DNA from: Nitrososphaera viennensis EN76
Lineage (GTDB): Archaea; Thermoproteota; Nitrososphaeria; Nitrososphaerales; Nitrososphaeraceae
Direction of reading: 5' to 3'
Assembly (NCBI RefSeq): GCF_000698785.1
Contig: NZ_CP007536.1
Location: forward strand, 120,001-152,000
DNA length: 32,000 bases
A program made the translations under genes and the position numbers. The notes under the pieces are model-generated. The model did no database searches and was not told the origin of the DNA. It saw nothing but the letters and a program-made list of their open reading frames with translations. Positions 7,294 through 16,292 of this stretch are shown piece by piece. Positions within the stretch are counted from its first letter, which is position 1, and each line of letters starts with the position of its first letter.

Positions 7294-8097
7294 CTATTCT
7301 TTTGGAGTCGGGTTTGTCTCGTCGGTGATGAGCTGCAGGAGGTCGGCCCTGGTAAACGGCTTTCTCAGAACCTTGATGCTGTCGTTCTGCACCTTTTTGG
7401 CTATCTCTTCCTGCGTGTACTCGAACGCGGTGATGAATATCACCTTGGTGTTGGGCGATATCGGGTGGATGTTCTTGTAGACTTCAAAGCCGTCCATGCC
7501 GGGCATCCTGATGTCCATCACTGCCATGCCGTACTCGGTGCCGTTGCGCTTGGCGTTCTCTATGGCCTTGACGCACGCCGGCCCGCTTTCCGCGGTCTCG
7601 ACGTCAAACCCGCGCTTTTTGAGCACCTCCCGTATGGAGCTGCGTATGTCCTCCTCGTCGTCGACGATTATCGCCTTTTTCAGTTTCGTCGGAAAATGCC
7701 TTCCAACCGACGAGTAGATGTCGGGGATTGCGCCGGGGTCGATGATGCCGATTGCAATCAGCGTGAGGTCGTTTTCCAGCGGGTACATGATGATGTCCAT
7801 CGCGTTGTACTGGACGTGGATGTTTGACGTTATCCCGGTCGTGGGGCTGTTGACGTTAAAGGCGCCCTTGGCAATGTTTGTGCGGAGCGCCGTCTTGACG
7901 ATGTCCTCAGGCGAGAGCTGGCGGATGGAACTCTGCGGCAGCTGGCGTGCGGCCTTGGCCATGATGTTGGCATACTTGTCCGTGACCATAACAAGGTCCA
8001 GCTGCTTGTTTTCTGCAAGAATAGTCTTGCAGCGGCTAGTATAATCGGTTTCTGTATTTGACGTACTGAATAAATTCAGCCTTGATTTTAAAAACAT
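7294..8097 (-). CDS. Response regulator with a C-terminal receiver (REC) domain and an uncharacterised N-terminal domain
   Basis: REC signature: KKAIIVDDEEDIRSSIREVLKKRGFDVETAESG...GMAVMDIRMPGMDGFEVY...VIFITAFE...LRKPF. The ORF track extends to 8391, but that extension overlaps thyX. The Met at 8097 (MFLKSRL) leaves a 94-bp AT-rich divergent promoter. Confidence 0.75.
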   Translation of the reverse strand: MFLKSRLNLFSTSNTETDYTSRCKTILAENKQLDLVMVTDKYANIMAKAARQLPQSSIRQLSPEDIVKTALRTNIAKGAFNVNSPTTGITSNIHVQYNAMDIIMYPLENDLTLIAIGIIDPGAIPDIYSSVGRHFPTKLKKAIIVDDEEDIRSSIREVLKKRGFDVETAESGPACVKAIENAKRNGTEYGMAVMDIRMPGMDGFEVYKNIHPISPNTKVIFITAFEYTQEEIAKKVQNDSIKVLRKPFTRADLLQLITDETNPTPKE

Positions 8098-8191
8098 TTT
8101 GCTACTGGGGCGACAATCCTTGCAAAAGTGGCCGTTATTTGAGATGAGGCTGGTTTTAATAATGGACCCCACCTTGCATTGGTGAGATACG

Positions 8192-9850
8192 ATGGCAGCA
8201 GTGGACCAGGGCGCCTTTTTGGATTCTTTTACCGATGAAGAGAAAGCCGTGCTTGCGGGCCACTTTTCAAATACCGACAGGGCGGTGTTTGCGGTAACCA
8301 CTCCAAGGCAGGTGGACAGGGGCGCGCTGATGTCGCGGTATTCCCGGACAGACAAGAGCATGCGCCGGGTCTTTCTCGACGAGTTTGCCAAGAACCCAAA
8401 CCGGGGAGAAGAGTTTTACCGCAAGGTTTTGCTCGAATACGGCGACGACTCGGTCGCCGAGCTTGGCGAGGCGCAGGTTGCCCTTGAAGGCATATCAAAC
8501 ATTGCCGCAAAAAAGATAGAGGACCGCAGGATCGGGCTTTCGTACCTGGAAAAGTCGTCTCGCTACGTCCCGTTCGACCAAAAGGTCGCCGGCGGCATGT
8601 ACCGCTATCTGCGGGAGGGGCGCATAATGTCGTCAAGGCACGCCGACCGCTATATTGCGGCATGCGACCTTGCATTTGATACTTATAGCAAGAGCCTGCC
8701 TGCCATGACAAAATTCCTGGAAGAGCAGGAGCCGATAGACAAGTTTTCTTTCTTCGATTCTTCCTTGCAAAAGGAAAGGCAGTTTGGCAGCCTGAAGGAG
8801 CAAAAAGACATCGACGCCGCGCGGCGCATATACCGCGTCACGATAAGGGCCAAGGCGCTTGACCTCCTGCGCGGCCTCCTCCCTGCCTCCACGCTGACAA
8901 ACGTCGGCATAACCGGCAACGGCAGGGCGTTTGAATACCTGCTCACGATAATGCACGGCTCCCACCTTGCAGAGCTGCGCCTGCTTGGCGAGCAGCTGTT
9001 CTCCGAACTGAACGGAGTGATACCGTCGTTTGTCCGGCGCGCAAACGACAAGTACGGCCAGGCCATGCAGGCATATTTTGCAAAGACGGAGGGCGCGGTG
9101 CGGGACCTTGCAAAAAAGCACCTGTCCGGGATAGGCCCGGAGCCAAGCCCTGAAAGAGTCAGGCTGCTTGAGCCGGAGGACAACTTTGCCGCAGAAGTCA
9201 AGGTGGCGTCAGCCGTCCTGTACGAGCAGGCTGACGGCAGGCCCCTTGAAAAGGTGATGAGGTACGTCAAGTCCATGCCGTCGCAGGACCGGCACGGCAT
9301 AATCCGCGCCTACACGCAGTTCCGTGAAAACCGCAGGCAGAGGCCGGGCAGGGCCTTTGAGATGGTCGACTGTGTGTTTGAATTATTCACCAACTTTGGC
9401 ATGTTCCGCGACCTGCACCGCCACCGCGTGCTCACGCTTGAGCGGCAACTGCTGTCGACAAGGCACGGCTATGACATGCCCGGGGAAATAAAAGGCGCCG
9501 GCCTTGACAGGGAGTTTCAAGAGTGCATGTCCGCGTCAAAAGATGCCTATGAGGCGATTGCAAAAGAGATGCCCGAAGAGGCGCAGTACGTCGTCAATTT
9601 CGCGTACCGCTATCCGTATTTCATGAAGATGAACCTGCGCGAGGCCTGCCACATGATCGAGCTGCGCACCGTGCCGCAGGGCCACCCTGACTATCGGCAG
9701 GTCTGCCAAGAGATGTACCGGCAGCTGCAAAAAGCCCATCCAGTCCTTGCAGAAGGGATCAAGTTTGCCGACATGAACTCTTACCAATTGGAACGCTTTG
9801 ATGCCGAAAAGCGCGCCGAGAAAAAGAGGCGGGAATCTGAAAGGCAATGA
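8192..9850 (+). CDS. thyX: Flavin-dependent thymidylate synthase ThyX, double-length (fused two-domain) form
   Basis: 552 aa. ThyX-type elements are split between the halves: [10 protein letters not shown] (an S..ExSxRY-like element) in the N-terminal half and [15 protein letters not shown] (the RHR motif) in the C-terminal half. MIELRT...GHPDYR lies near the C-terminus. Confidence 0.75.
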   Translation: MAAVDQGAFLDSFTDEEKAVLAGHFSNTDRAVFAVTTPRQVDRGALMSRYSRTDKSMRRVFLDEFAKNPNRGEEFYRKVLLEYGDDSVAELGEAQVALEGISNIAAKKIEDRRIGLSYLEKSSRYVPFDQKVAGGMYRYLREGRIMSSRHADRYIAACDLAFDTYSKSLPAMTKFLEEQEPIDKFSFFDSSLQKERQFGSLKEQKDIDAARRIYRVTIRAKALDLLRGLLPASTLTNVGITGNGRAFEYLLTIMHGSHLAELRLLGEQLFSELNGVIPSFVRRANDKYGQAMQAYFAKTEGAVRDLAKKHLSGIGPEPSPERVRLLEPEDNFAAEVKVASAVLYEQADGRPLEKVMRYVKSMPSQDRHGIIRAYTQFRENRRQRPGRAFEMVDCVFELFTNFGMFRDLHRHRVLTLERQLLSTRHGYDMPGEIKGAGLDREFQECMSASKDAYEAIAKEMPEEAQYVVNFAYRYPYFMKMNLREACHMIELRTVPQGHPDYRQVCQEMYRQLQKAHPVLAEGIKFADMNSYQLERFDAEKRAEKKRRESERQ

Positions 9851-9906
9851 GGTGCTTTGTATGGTAATGTATGCCAGTAAATGCCATTGCTGACCAATGT
9901 TTATAT

Positions 9907-9935
9907 ATTACCGTGTAATACCATTATACGGTAAT
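9907..9935. promoter_or_regulatory. Inverted repeat ATTACCGT-N13-ACGGTAAT overlapping the TATA box and start region of the 9940 gene
   Basis: attaccgt at 9907-9914 and acggtaat at 9928-9935 are perfect reverse complements. They overlap tttatatatta (9899-9910), and the ATG is at 9940. Further ggtaat/attacc-like copies occur at 9853 and 9916. Confidence 0.35.
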
Positions 9936-9939
9936 CGAA

Positions 9940-10395
9940 ATGGTCGACACAAGCAAGTCAGCCAGGGAAGAAACGACAAGCAGGACAGACGTAATCGACG
10001 CAGTAAAGGACAACTATATCCGCACAGTAGACGAGATCGCAAAGGTTCAGCCGCAGTATTTACAATCAATCTCTAACCTCCAGCTGGACTACATCCAGAC
10101 AACCAAGAACCTGATCCAGACAGCATTTTCTGCACAAAAGCAGGTGGCAAGCAACGTGAATGCTCCTGCAAACCCGTATGCAGACATCTTTGTGAAGCAG
10201 GCAAACGAGATGACCAACAACGCAATCAGGGCAGTCGGCATCAACAACCAGCTGACAATCAACGCGCTGGACGCCGCAAGGGAGAACCTGAAAATCTACA
10301 ACAGGTCAATAGACGCAGTCAGCGACTTTGGCACCAACGTCGCCAAGGCATGGGCTGCATTCTACACACAGTCACAGCAGCAGTTCACACGCTAA
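9940..10395 (+). CDS. Hypothetical alpha-helical protein (Q/N/A-rich, phasin-like composition)
   Basis: 151-aa ORF with host-like codon usage, its own TATA box and a clean downstream hairpin plus T-run. No catalytic motif was recognised. Confidence 0.6.
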   Translation: MVDTSKSAREETTSRTDVIDAVKDNYIRTVDEIAKVQPQYLQSISNLQLDYIQTTKNLIQTAFSAQKQVASNVNAPANPYADIFVKQANEMTNNAIRAVGINNQLTINALDAARENLKIYNRSIDAVSDFGTNVAKAWAAFYTQSQQQFTR

Positions 10396-10419
10396 GAACT
10401 CTCTCTCTCTCTCTACGAC

Positions 10420-10450
10420 AAGGCCTTTTGGCCTTCCTTTTCTCTTTTTT
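10420..10450 (+). terminator. Hairpin AAGGCC-TTTT-GGCCTT followed by a T-rich tract, preceded by a (CT)8 run
   Basis: Perfect 6-bp stem at 10420-10435, then ccttttctcttttttc. It lies 25 nt after the stop of the 9940-10395 gene. Confidence 0.55.
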
Positions 10451-10477
10451 CATACACTTTCAAACCCAGGCCCAATT

Positions 10478-10526
10478 TTGTTGCAGAATGTCTGGTAAAA
10501 CACCTGCTGACAAAATAATGCAACAA
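10478..10526. repeat. Inverted repeat TTGTTGCA-N33-TGCAACAA upstream of cdvA
   Basis: ttgttgca at 10478-10485 and tgcaacaa at 10519-10526 are perfect reverse complements. The repeat lies about 45-90 nt upstream of the cdvA ATG and beyond the upstream terminator. Confidence 0.35.
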
Positions 10527-10569
10527 TTTTGACACAGTCATCATTATACCTACTTACAAACAATTGCGC

Positions 10570-11394
10570 ATGAGCGAAGAAAAGCTCGCATTCGTAGGCA
10601 AGCAAGTCAAGGACATCTATGGGACATTCATCGGAAAGGTAGTTGGCATAATCACGGAAATCGACGGCGAGATCGAAAGCGTCGGCGTGGACTGCGGCTC
10701 TGCAGGCATCAAGCAGCTCCCGTACGAGCAGCTGGTGGTCCAGGGCGATTTCGTATTCTTTATTCCAAAGTGGAGGCTTGAAGCGCAGAAACTTATCAGG
10801 CAAAAGTCGCTCACGCTCAAGAGGATGAAGGCGCTCCACGAGATCGTGGCCGAGAACGACGGCATGAAGGAGGATGCAGAGCTTGTGTCGATAAAATACG
10901 AGAAAAAGCTGGGCGAGATTAACGAGGCAGAGAAGGCGGTCAGCGACAAGCTGACGGCGCGCCTCGCAGAGCTTGACGCTGAGGCCAAGCAGGTCAAGGC
11001 AGTGCTCTTTGACGCCAAGCTCCAGTTCAGGAGCAACGAGATGAAGGAAGAGACGTACCAGCAGGTCAAGATTAACACCGACGAGCTGGTCGAGCACATC
11101 AACAACGAAAGGACCGAGATCGGAAACGTGAGGGCCAAGCTGTCAGGGCTGACACTTGAAAGCATCACAGCCGATGCAGCGACAATCACGACAACAGAAG
11201 CCCCGGTAGACTCGACACCTTCCACAACCGAGTCGGCCCCACAACCAGCGGCCTCCCAAGCAGAGCCAGTAACAGCTAATACTGCGCCTGCAGAGGAAAA
11301 GCCAATAACGGTCACTGCAAGCGACAACAACAGCAACAGCAACAACAATGAAGGCCACGACGCGGCCTGGCTGAACCAGGTAATCCAGCAGTAA
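10570..11394 (+). CDS. cdvA: CdvA-like cell-division protein (PRC-barrel-like N-terminus, coiled coil, low-complexity tail)
   Basis: The N-terminus FVGKQVKDIYGTFIGKVVGIITEIDGEIESVGVDCGSAGIKQLPYEQLVVQGDFVFFIPKWRLEAQKL matches the thaumarchaeal CdvA barrel region as I remember it. A long heptad-like coiled coil and a T/A/P/N-rich tail follow. ATG 10570 is preferred over the TTG at 10564. Confidence 0.65.
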   Translation: MSEEKLAFVGKQVKDIYGTFIGKVVGIITEIDGEIESVGVDCGSAGIKQLPYEQLVVQGDFVFFIPKWRLEAQKLIRQKSLTLKRMKALHEIVAENDGMKEDAELVSIKYEKKLGEINEAEKAVSDKLTARLAELDAEAKQVKAVLFDAKLQFRSNEMKEETYQQVKINTDELVEHINNERTEIGNVRAKLSGLTLESITADAATITTTEAPVDSTPSTTESAPQPAASQAEPVTANTAPAEEKPITVTASDNNSNSNNNEGHDAAWLNQVIQQ

Positions 11395-11420
11395 GAAAAA
11401 ACAACACCCTCCCCCCCCCC

Positions 11421-11450
11421 GCCGGTTTTTCCGGCGCTTTTCTTCGTTTC
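11421..11450. terminator. Hairpin GCCGG-TTTTT-CCGGC between convergent cdvA and cox genes, flanked by a C10 run and CT-rich tracts
   Basis: Perfect 5-bp stem at 11421-11435 with T-rich sequence after it. It sits in the 98-bp gap between two convergent stops. Confidence 0.5.
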
Positions 11451-11492
11451 TCTTTCTCCCTTTCTCTCTCTTTCTATGACTGTTTCTGCCGC

Positions 11493-13085
11493 CTACTGGA
11501 TATGCGGCTCTTTTATCCTATAGTCGTAATACGTCTCTCCGAGCTGGAACGGGTCTTTAGTGTCTGAAGGCCTGCCGGAAATGGAGCTTTTTATCATGTT
11601 TGCAGTAAACAGCACCATCGCAGAGCCTGTTATCCAGGCGCCTATGGTCGAGAGCTGGTTCAGCAGTATCAGCGGCTCTGTGGGCACGTAGTCAAACACG
11701 CGCCTTGGCTGCCCGTACAGGCCGGCAACGTGCTGCGGTATGAAGATGAGTGAAACGCCGATGAACATGAGCCAGAACTGGACCATCGCCGCTTTTTCGT
11801 TATACATCCTGCCGGTTATCAGCGGGAACAGGTAGTACATGAACCCGACGAAGGCAAAGGTCACCAGCCCCATCAGGAAGAGGTGGAAGTGCCCTACGAC
11901 CCAGTAGCTGTCGTGCGTGAGAAAGTCAAGCGGCATGGCGGTATTGACGACGCCCCCTGCCCCTGCCAGGAAGAACAGCACTGTGCCGCCGACCGAAAAG
12001 GTGATCGGGGCCTTGAAACTTATCCTTCCGCCCCACATCGTCGCAATCCAGTTAAACACGTGCATGGCAGACGCAGGGACCGCCGCAAGCGTTCCGACCA
12101 TAAAGACGGTTTTCTCGGTAAAGCTCTCTCCCGTTGAAAACATGTGGTGGCCCCATGAGGCAAAGCTGACTATTGACAGCAGGACAAACGCCGTGACCCC
12201 TGACTGGTAGCTGAATATCGGCTTTCTTGAAAACCTGGGCACTATCTCGTATATCATGCCGACAGCAGGTATCAAAAAGATGTACACCTCCGGGTGGAAC
12301 GTGAACCAGAACAGGTGCTGGTACGCTATCGGGTCTCCGCCCCTTGTCGGGTCAAAGAATCCCGTTACCCCGAGCCGGTCCGTGTACAGCATGATGAGAG
12401 CAGCCGCAAAGGTGGGTATGGCTACGAGTATCATGATGGACGTGACCAGTGTTGCCCACACAAAGAGCGAAGTCTTCATCAGCGGCAGGTCCGGGTGCTT
12501 CATCTTTAGTATCGTGACTACAAAGTTTATCGAGCCGAGGATTGACGAAATTCCAAGCATCTTTAGCCCAAAGATCCACATGTCTGTCGCCGGCCCCGGC
12601 GCGCGGATTGTAGAGTAGGGCGGGTAAGCGGTCCACCCCGTGTCTGAAAACCCAAGCCACACCAGCGCCGCTCCTACCGGTATTATCCAGAACGCCACCG
12701 CGTTGAGCTTGGGCCAGGCCATGTCTTTGTACCTAACCATGAGCGGCACGAGGTAATTTCCCATGCCTGCCGCAAAGGGTATCACCCACAGAAAGAGCAT
12801 GGTCGTTCCGTGCACAGTAAAGAACCTGTGGAAGGTGGTAGAGTCCGGGAAAATCTGCTGCCCTGGCAGGAACAGCTCGGTCCTTATGCCCATCGCAAGC
12901 GCGCCCCCAATCATCAGTGAGGTGATGGAGAAAATTACGTAAAGAAGCCCTATGTCAGTGTGATGAGTGGAGAAGAGGATTTCCCACAAGGGGCGAGGAT
13001 TTTTCACTTCCAGAACCATTCGAATATGCCTCCGCAACGATTTTCCGCATTCGGGGAGTTTTGCTGCTATAGCTGCCCAGTTCAT
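11493..13085 (-). CDS. Heme-copper (cytochrome c/quinol) oxidase subunit I
   Basis: Signatures: HHTDIGLLY, FFTVHGTTMLF, WTAYPPY, HLFWFTFHPEVYIFLIP (CuB His and cross-link Tyr), WGHHMF, VVGHFHLFLMG, and about 12 TM segments. The start is uncertain: M at 13085 or the internal MVLEVKN at 13019. Confidence 0.85.
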   Translation of the reverse strand: MNWAAIAAKLPECGKSLRRHIRMVLEVKNPRPLWEILFSTHHTDIGLLYVIFSITSLMIGGALAMGIRTELFLPGQQIFPDSTTFHRFFTVHGTTMLFLWVIPFAAGMGNYLVPLMVRYKDMAWPKLNAVAFWIIPVGAALVWLGFSDTGWTAYPPYSTIRAPGPATDMWIFGLKMLGISSILGSINFVVTILKMKHPDLPLMKTSLFVWATLVTSIMILVAIPTFAAALIMLYTDRLGVTGFFDPTRGGDPIAYQHLFWFTFHPEVYIFLIPAVGMIYEIVPRFSRKPIFSYQSGVTAFVLLSIVSFASWGHHMFSTGESFTEKTVFMVGTLAAVPASAMHVFNWIATMWGGRISFKAPITFSVGGTVLFFLAGAGGVVNTAMPLDFLTHDSYWVVGHFHLFLMGLVTFAFVGFMYYLFPLITGRMYNEKAAMVQFWLMFIGVSLIFIPQHVAGLYGQPRRVFDYVPTEPLILLNQLSTIGAWITGSAMVLFTANMIKSSISGRPSDTKDPFQLGETYYDYRIKEPHIQ

Positions 13086-13227
13086 GATTTAAAACAGTTA
13101 ACCGCAATGGTTTTACTCTCACTGGATCTGTTTTAGCGCTGGTTAACCGCGCGATCGCAATTTCGTACTGCTGAAAGATGAGCAATATAGATATAAGTAA
13201 AACGAGCCCTTGAAACACAACTACGCG

Positions 13228-13749
13228 ATGCTGCAGATAACTGCGAAAAAGAGGCTGCCTTTGTACATGTTGCTGGGCTCGATCGCAGCAATCGTGTTCC
13301 TCGTGGCTTACGTTGCAGCAAACGGCACCGGCGAAGGGCCGGTCGGTGAAGAGTTTGTAAACGAAGAGCTCCCGCCTCCAGGAATGTTTCCGTACTTTCT
13401 AAAGCCGATTACCTGGCTTATGATAGTGGTTTTTGCCGGCTGGTTCTCTTTTCTGGAGCTGATGAAAAACCAGATCAAGCTCCTTGACGATAACTGGCGC
13501 TACTTTTACGCGATGGTCCTGTTCATAATAGTGGCTATCTCGTTCTATGAAATCCTTTACAATTTCATGTACTGGGGCGCGATCCTGTCCAAGCAGCCTG
13601 AAGCCGCGCTTGACCCTGACAGCGTGGCAAACGGCTTTCCTTCGCAGCTCTACCAGGTGAACATCGTGTTTGCCACCAAGGTGGGCGTCACCATCTTTGC
13701 ATGCGCCATGTACGCCCTGGTCGTGATCAAGTTTTCAAGCGGCAAATGA
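13228..13749 (+). CDS. Hypothetical integral membrane protein (about 4 TM segments), divergent from oxidase subunit I
   Basis: Hydrophobic segments: LLGSIAAIVFLVAYVAA, WLMIVVFAGWFSFLEL, FYAMVLFIIVAISFYEILY, VGVTIFACAMYALVVI. ATG 13228 is preferred over TTG 13210. No CuA motif is present. Confidence 0.6.
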   Translation: MLQITAKKRLPLYMLLGSIAAIVFLVAYVAANGTGEGPVGEEFVNEELPPPGMFPYFLKPITWLMIVVFAGWFSFLELMKNQIKLLDDNWRYFYAMVLFIIVAISFYEILYNFMYWGAILSKQPEAALDPDSVANGFPSQLYQVNIVFATKVGVTIFACAMYALVVIKFSSGK

Positions 13750-13897
13750 AGTCTTGAAAGATGATGATTATTATTCCTTAACAACATGTGCGCGTTTCCA
13801 GTGGCTCACAAAAATTCTGGTAGCCTTGAAAGAATTAGCCGATCTACAATAAACTTGGTAGTTATGACAACGCTATTTACACCGCAAGTGTATATGG

Positions 13898-14860
13898 GTG
13901 GACCATGAAGGCAAAAGATGGTTGTTGATGATGCCTGACGTGATACAGGATAACGCGTATCGCTACTTTGCCACCACCGTCGCCCTCGTGACCACTGATG
14001 GCAAGTGGGGACAGAACGTGATGGCGGCCGAGTGGGCCATGCAGGTCTCGTACGAGCCGATGCTCCTTGCGATCTTTGTCCACGACTCGCCGACCCTGTG
14101 GAACATAAAGGAGGCCGGCGCGTTCGGGGTCAATATTGCCGCAGACGACCAGGCCGAGCTTGTCAACATCGCCGGCGGCTACTCCGGCACGGAAATTGCC
14201 AAGCTCGCAATACCCGGGACCTTTCAGACGTACGCTGGCAAGAGCGTCCCTCTGATAAAGGGGTGCGCGCTGGCGTGCGAGTGCAGGGTCGTGTCCGTGC
14301 AGGAAATGGGCGACCACGTTATGGTCGTCGGAGAAGCCGTGTCTGCAACATTTGACGAAAAGAAATCCCCTTTGATATACACGCGTGGCAACTACCGCAA
14401 GATTGGGAGCAAGCTTGCGTCTGGCAGGAAAACAGTGCGCCTGTCGCCAAAGGCGTTTGCCGAGTTCAAGCGCATGTCCGGCGGGCAGTTCGTGCTAAAG
14501 GCGGCGGCAGCCGTTGTCAGAGACGATGGCAAAAAGAAGAAGAAAAAGACATTGTTTGTGAGGATTGGAAACTCGTGGATGCTGCCTGCAGCCGTGCCTG
14601 AACGGGGCACAGACTACAAAAAGGCGCTTTCTGTGCACCTTGCGTCGATGGGCGTGCAGGCGGAAATCGGGGAGATCCTCGGGATTGAGCGCGTGATGCT
14701 AAAGTCTGCCGGTAAGCAGGCGCTGCGGGCAAACTTTGTCGTGTTTTCCTGCACTGCTCGCGCAAAAGAGGGGGAGGAAAAGGAAGAAGAGGAGGGATGG
14801 TTCCTGCGCCCTCCGCGGAACCTGCTGCTAAAGAGCCTGTTGCTATTTCAGCAGACCTGA
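13898..14860 (+). CDS. Flavin reductase-like (FMN-binding split-barrel) domain protein with a C-terminal Nudix-like or uncharacterised domain
   Basis: The N-terminal half VALVTTDGKWGQNVMAAEWAMQVSYEPMLLAIFVHDSPTLWNIKEAGAFGVNI is typical of flavin reductase-like domains. The C-terminal half after a KKKKKK linker resembles a degenerate Nudix fold. The start could be GTG 13898 or ATG 13928. It overlaps the convergent hemL end by 18 nt. Confidence 0.6.
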   Translation: MDHEGKRWLLMMPDVIQDNAYRYFATTVALVTTDGKWGQNVMAAEWAMQVSYEPMLLAIFVHDSPTLWNIKEAGAFGVNIAADDQAELVNIAGGYSGTEIAKLAIPGTFQTYAGKSVPLIKGCALACECRVVSVQEMGDHVMVVGEAVSATFDEKKSPLIYTRGNYRKIGSKLASGRKTVRLSPKAFAEFKRMSGGQFVLKAAAAVVRDDGKKKKKKTLFVRIGNSWMLPAAVPERGTDYKKALSVHLASMGVQAEIGEILGIERVMLKSAGKQALRANFVVFSCTARAKEGEEKEEEEGWFLRPPRNLLLKSLLLFQQT

Positions 14861-16189
14861 GCTGGCGATTTTCTCTGTCGCCGACAAGAGCTTCTTTACG
14901 TCTGCCTCGTCGTGCGCGTACGACATGGCTCCCATCTTGGTCGGCAAAAAGAACACGCCGTGCTCGGCCATGAGGGCCATATGGTATTTCACCAGCTTGC
15001 CCCTGTCGGACGTCGCGACGTCCGTTGCGTTTTCCACGTCCTTCGTCCCCTCCTTGACAAAGTGCGTCAAAAAGATCGAGTTTATGCCTGTGACCCTGCA
15101 CGGGATGCCTGCGTCTGCAAATATCTTGGCAAGACCCTTTCTTGCCATCTCGCCCAGCCTGTCTACCTTGCCGTAGACCTTGCGCTCGTTTTTCCTCAGG
15201 AAATCAAGCGTGGCAAGCCCAGCCACCATCGTGGCCGGGTTTGCCGAGAACGTCCCACCGCCGATGGCGCAGCGGGCCTCCTTTTCCCTTATTGAAACAG
15301 GGTCGGCAAGCGACATGATGTCCTTGTCTCCGCACACCACTCCAATTGGCATGCCGCCTCCGCAGATCTTGCCGAGCGTGAACAGGTCCGGCTCAAGCCC
15401 GTAGGTGCCCTGGGCGCCGTGCAGCGATAGCCTGAATCCCGTCACTATTTCGTCAAGTATGAAAAGGGCGCCGTTTTTCTTGCAGAATTCCTGCAACCCT
15501 TCCAGATAGCCTTTTGCCGGCGGTACGCAACCTGCGCCTCCAAGCACCGGCTCTATTATGACGCACGCAAGGTCATCTTTTATCGTCTCCAGCACCTTGA
15601 GCGACGCTTCGAGATCGTTGAACGGCACGGACTCGACGTACTGGCCCTCATCCTGCACAAGCCCGGGGCCCTCCTCCGCCTCGAACGGAAAGTTGACAGT
15701 CTGCATCAGGGTGGTGTTAAAGCCGTGCCATCCGCCTATCGCCTTTGCAATTACGCGCCTTCCAGTCTTTGCCCTTGCGAGCCTGACTGCGTACATCGTG
15801 GCTTCCGAGCCGGTGCTGCTAAAGCGCATCATCTCTGCCCTTGGCATCAGCTTCTGGATGGCCTCTGCCAGTTCTACGGACACGTCGTTTACGACGCCGT
15901 ACAGGGTGCCGTTTTTCACCTGCCTTGCAAGCGCAGAGGCGACGGGCGCCGGCGAGTGGCCGAGTATGAGGGCCCAGTGGCCCATCCAGTAGTCGGTGTA
16001 CCTGTTGCCGTCGACGTCGGAGAGGCTCTTGCCCCTTGCCGCGTTCACAAAGAATGGGTACGGCTCGAAATAGCGGATGTTGTGGCTGATGCCTCCCGGG
16101 AACAGCTTTTCTGACCTCGAATAAAGGCGCCTTGATTTGCCTGTCTTTGCCTCGTAGCGCCTTATGTAATTGCCGTAATAGTCGTTCAT
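14843..16189 (-). CDS. hemL: Glutamate-1-semialdehyde 2,1-aminomutase-like class-III aminotransferase
   Basis: Signatures: DVDGNRYTDYWMGHWALILGH, SSTGSEATMYAVRLARAKTGR, ILDEIVTGFR, and LGKICGGGMPIGVVCG (PLP lysine context). Confidence 0.7.
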   Translation of the reverse strand: MNDYYGNYIRRYEAKTGKSRRLYSRSEKLFPGGISHNIRYFEPYPFFVNAARGKSLSDVDGNRYTDYWMGHWALILGHSPAPVASALARQVKNGTLYGVVNDVSVELAEAIQKLMPRAEMMRFSSTGSEATMYAVRLARAKTGRRVIAKAIGGWHGFNTTLMQTVNFPFEAEEGPGLVQDEGQYVESVPFNDLEASLKVLETIKDDLACVIIEPVLGGAGCVPPAKGYLEGLQEFCKKNGALFILDEIVTGFRLSLHGAQGTYGLEPDLFTLGKICGGGMPIGVVCGDKDIMSLADPVSIREKEARCAIGGGTFSANPATMVAGLATLDFLRKNERKVYGKVDRLGEMARKGLAKIFADAGIPCRVTGINSIFLTHFVKEGTKDVENATDVATSDRGKLVKYHMALMAEHGVFFLPTKMGAMSYAHDEADVKKLLSATEKIASSGLLK

Positions 16190-16292
16190 ATGATGAACGT
16201 AACTGCGTGAAGGCTAGATCACGTATAATCTTTTGCAAGCAAACCCAATCGTTTATTTTGCCCGCCAGCGTCTTGACGGTAATAACAAGAAA

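Noticed and set aside
8098-8391. N-terminal 98-codon extension of the response-regulator ORF
   Set aside because: It would overlap the thyX start by 200 nt and run through the AT-rich divergent promoter. The internal Met at 8097 gives a sensible architecture.
7222-9847. Many 60-205-aa ORFs antisense to, or out of frame with, the response-regulator and thyX genes (e.g. 7222-7827, 8229-8711, 8633-9121, 8683-9300, 9536-9847)
   Set aside because: They overlap genes with clear domain signatures and have low-complexity Arg/Pro/Ala/Ser-rich products. They are compositional artefacts.
10401-10416. (CT)8 microsatellite and the C10 run at 11411-11420
   Set aside because: Both sit in pyrimidine-rich 3-prime intergenic terminator regions. 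There is no evidence that they affect any reading frame.
13761-13830. C-box-like ATGATGA in the intergenic region (similar strings at 16191 and 20102), considered as C/D-box sRNAs
   Set aside because: There are no correctly spaced CUGA D or D-prime boxes and no terminal stem. The one at 16191 is just the region around the hemL start codon.
14531-14548. A-rich run considered as a frameshift or pseudogene site
   Set aside because: The reading frame is continuous through it (KKKKKK) and both flanking domains are in the same frame, so no disruption is evident.
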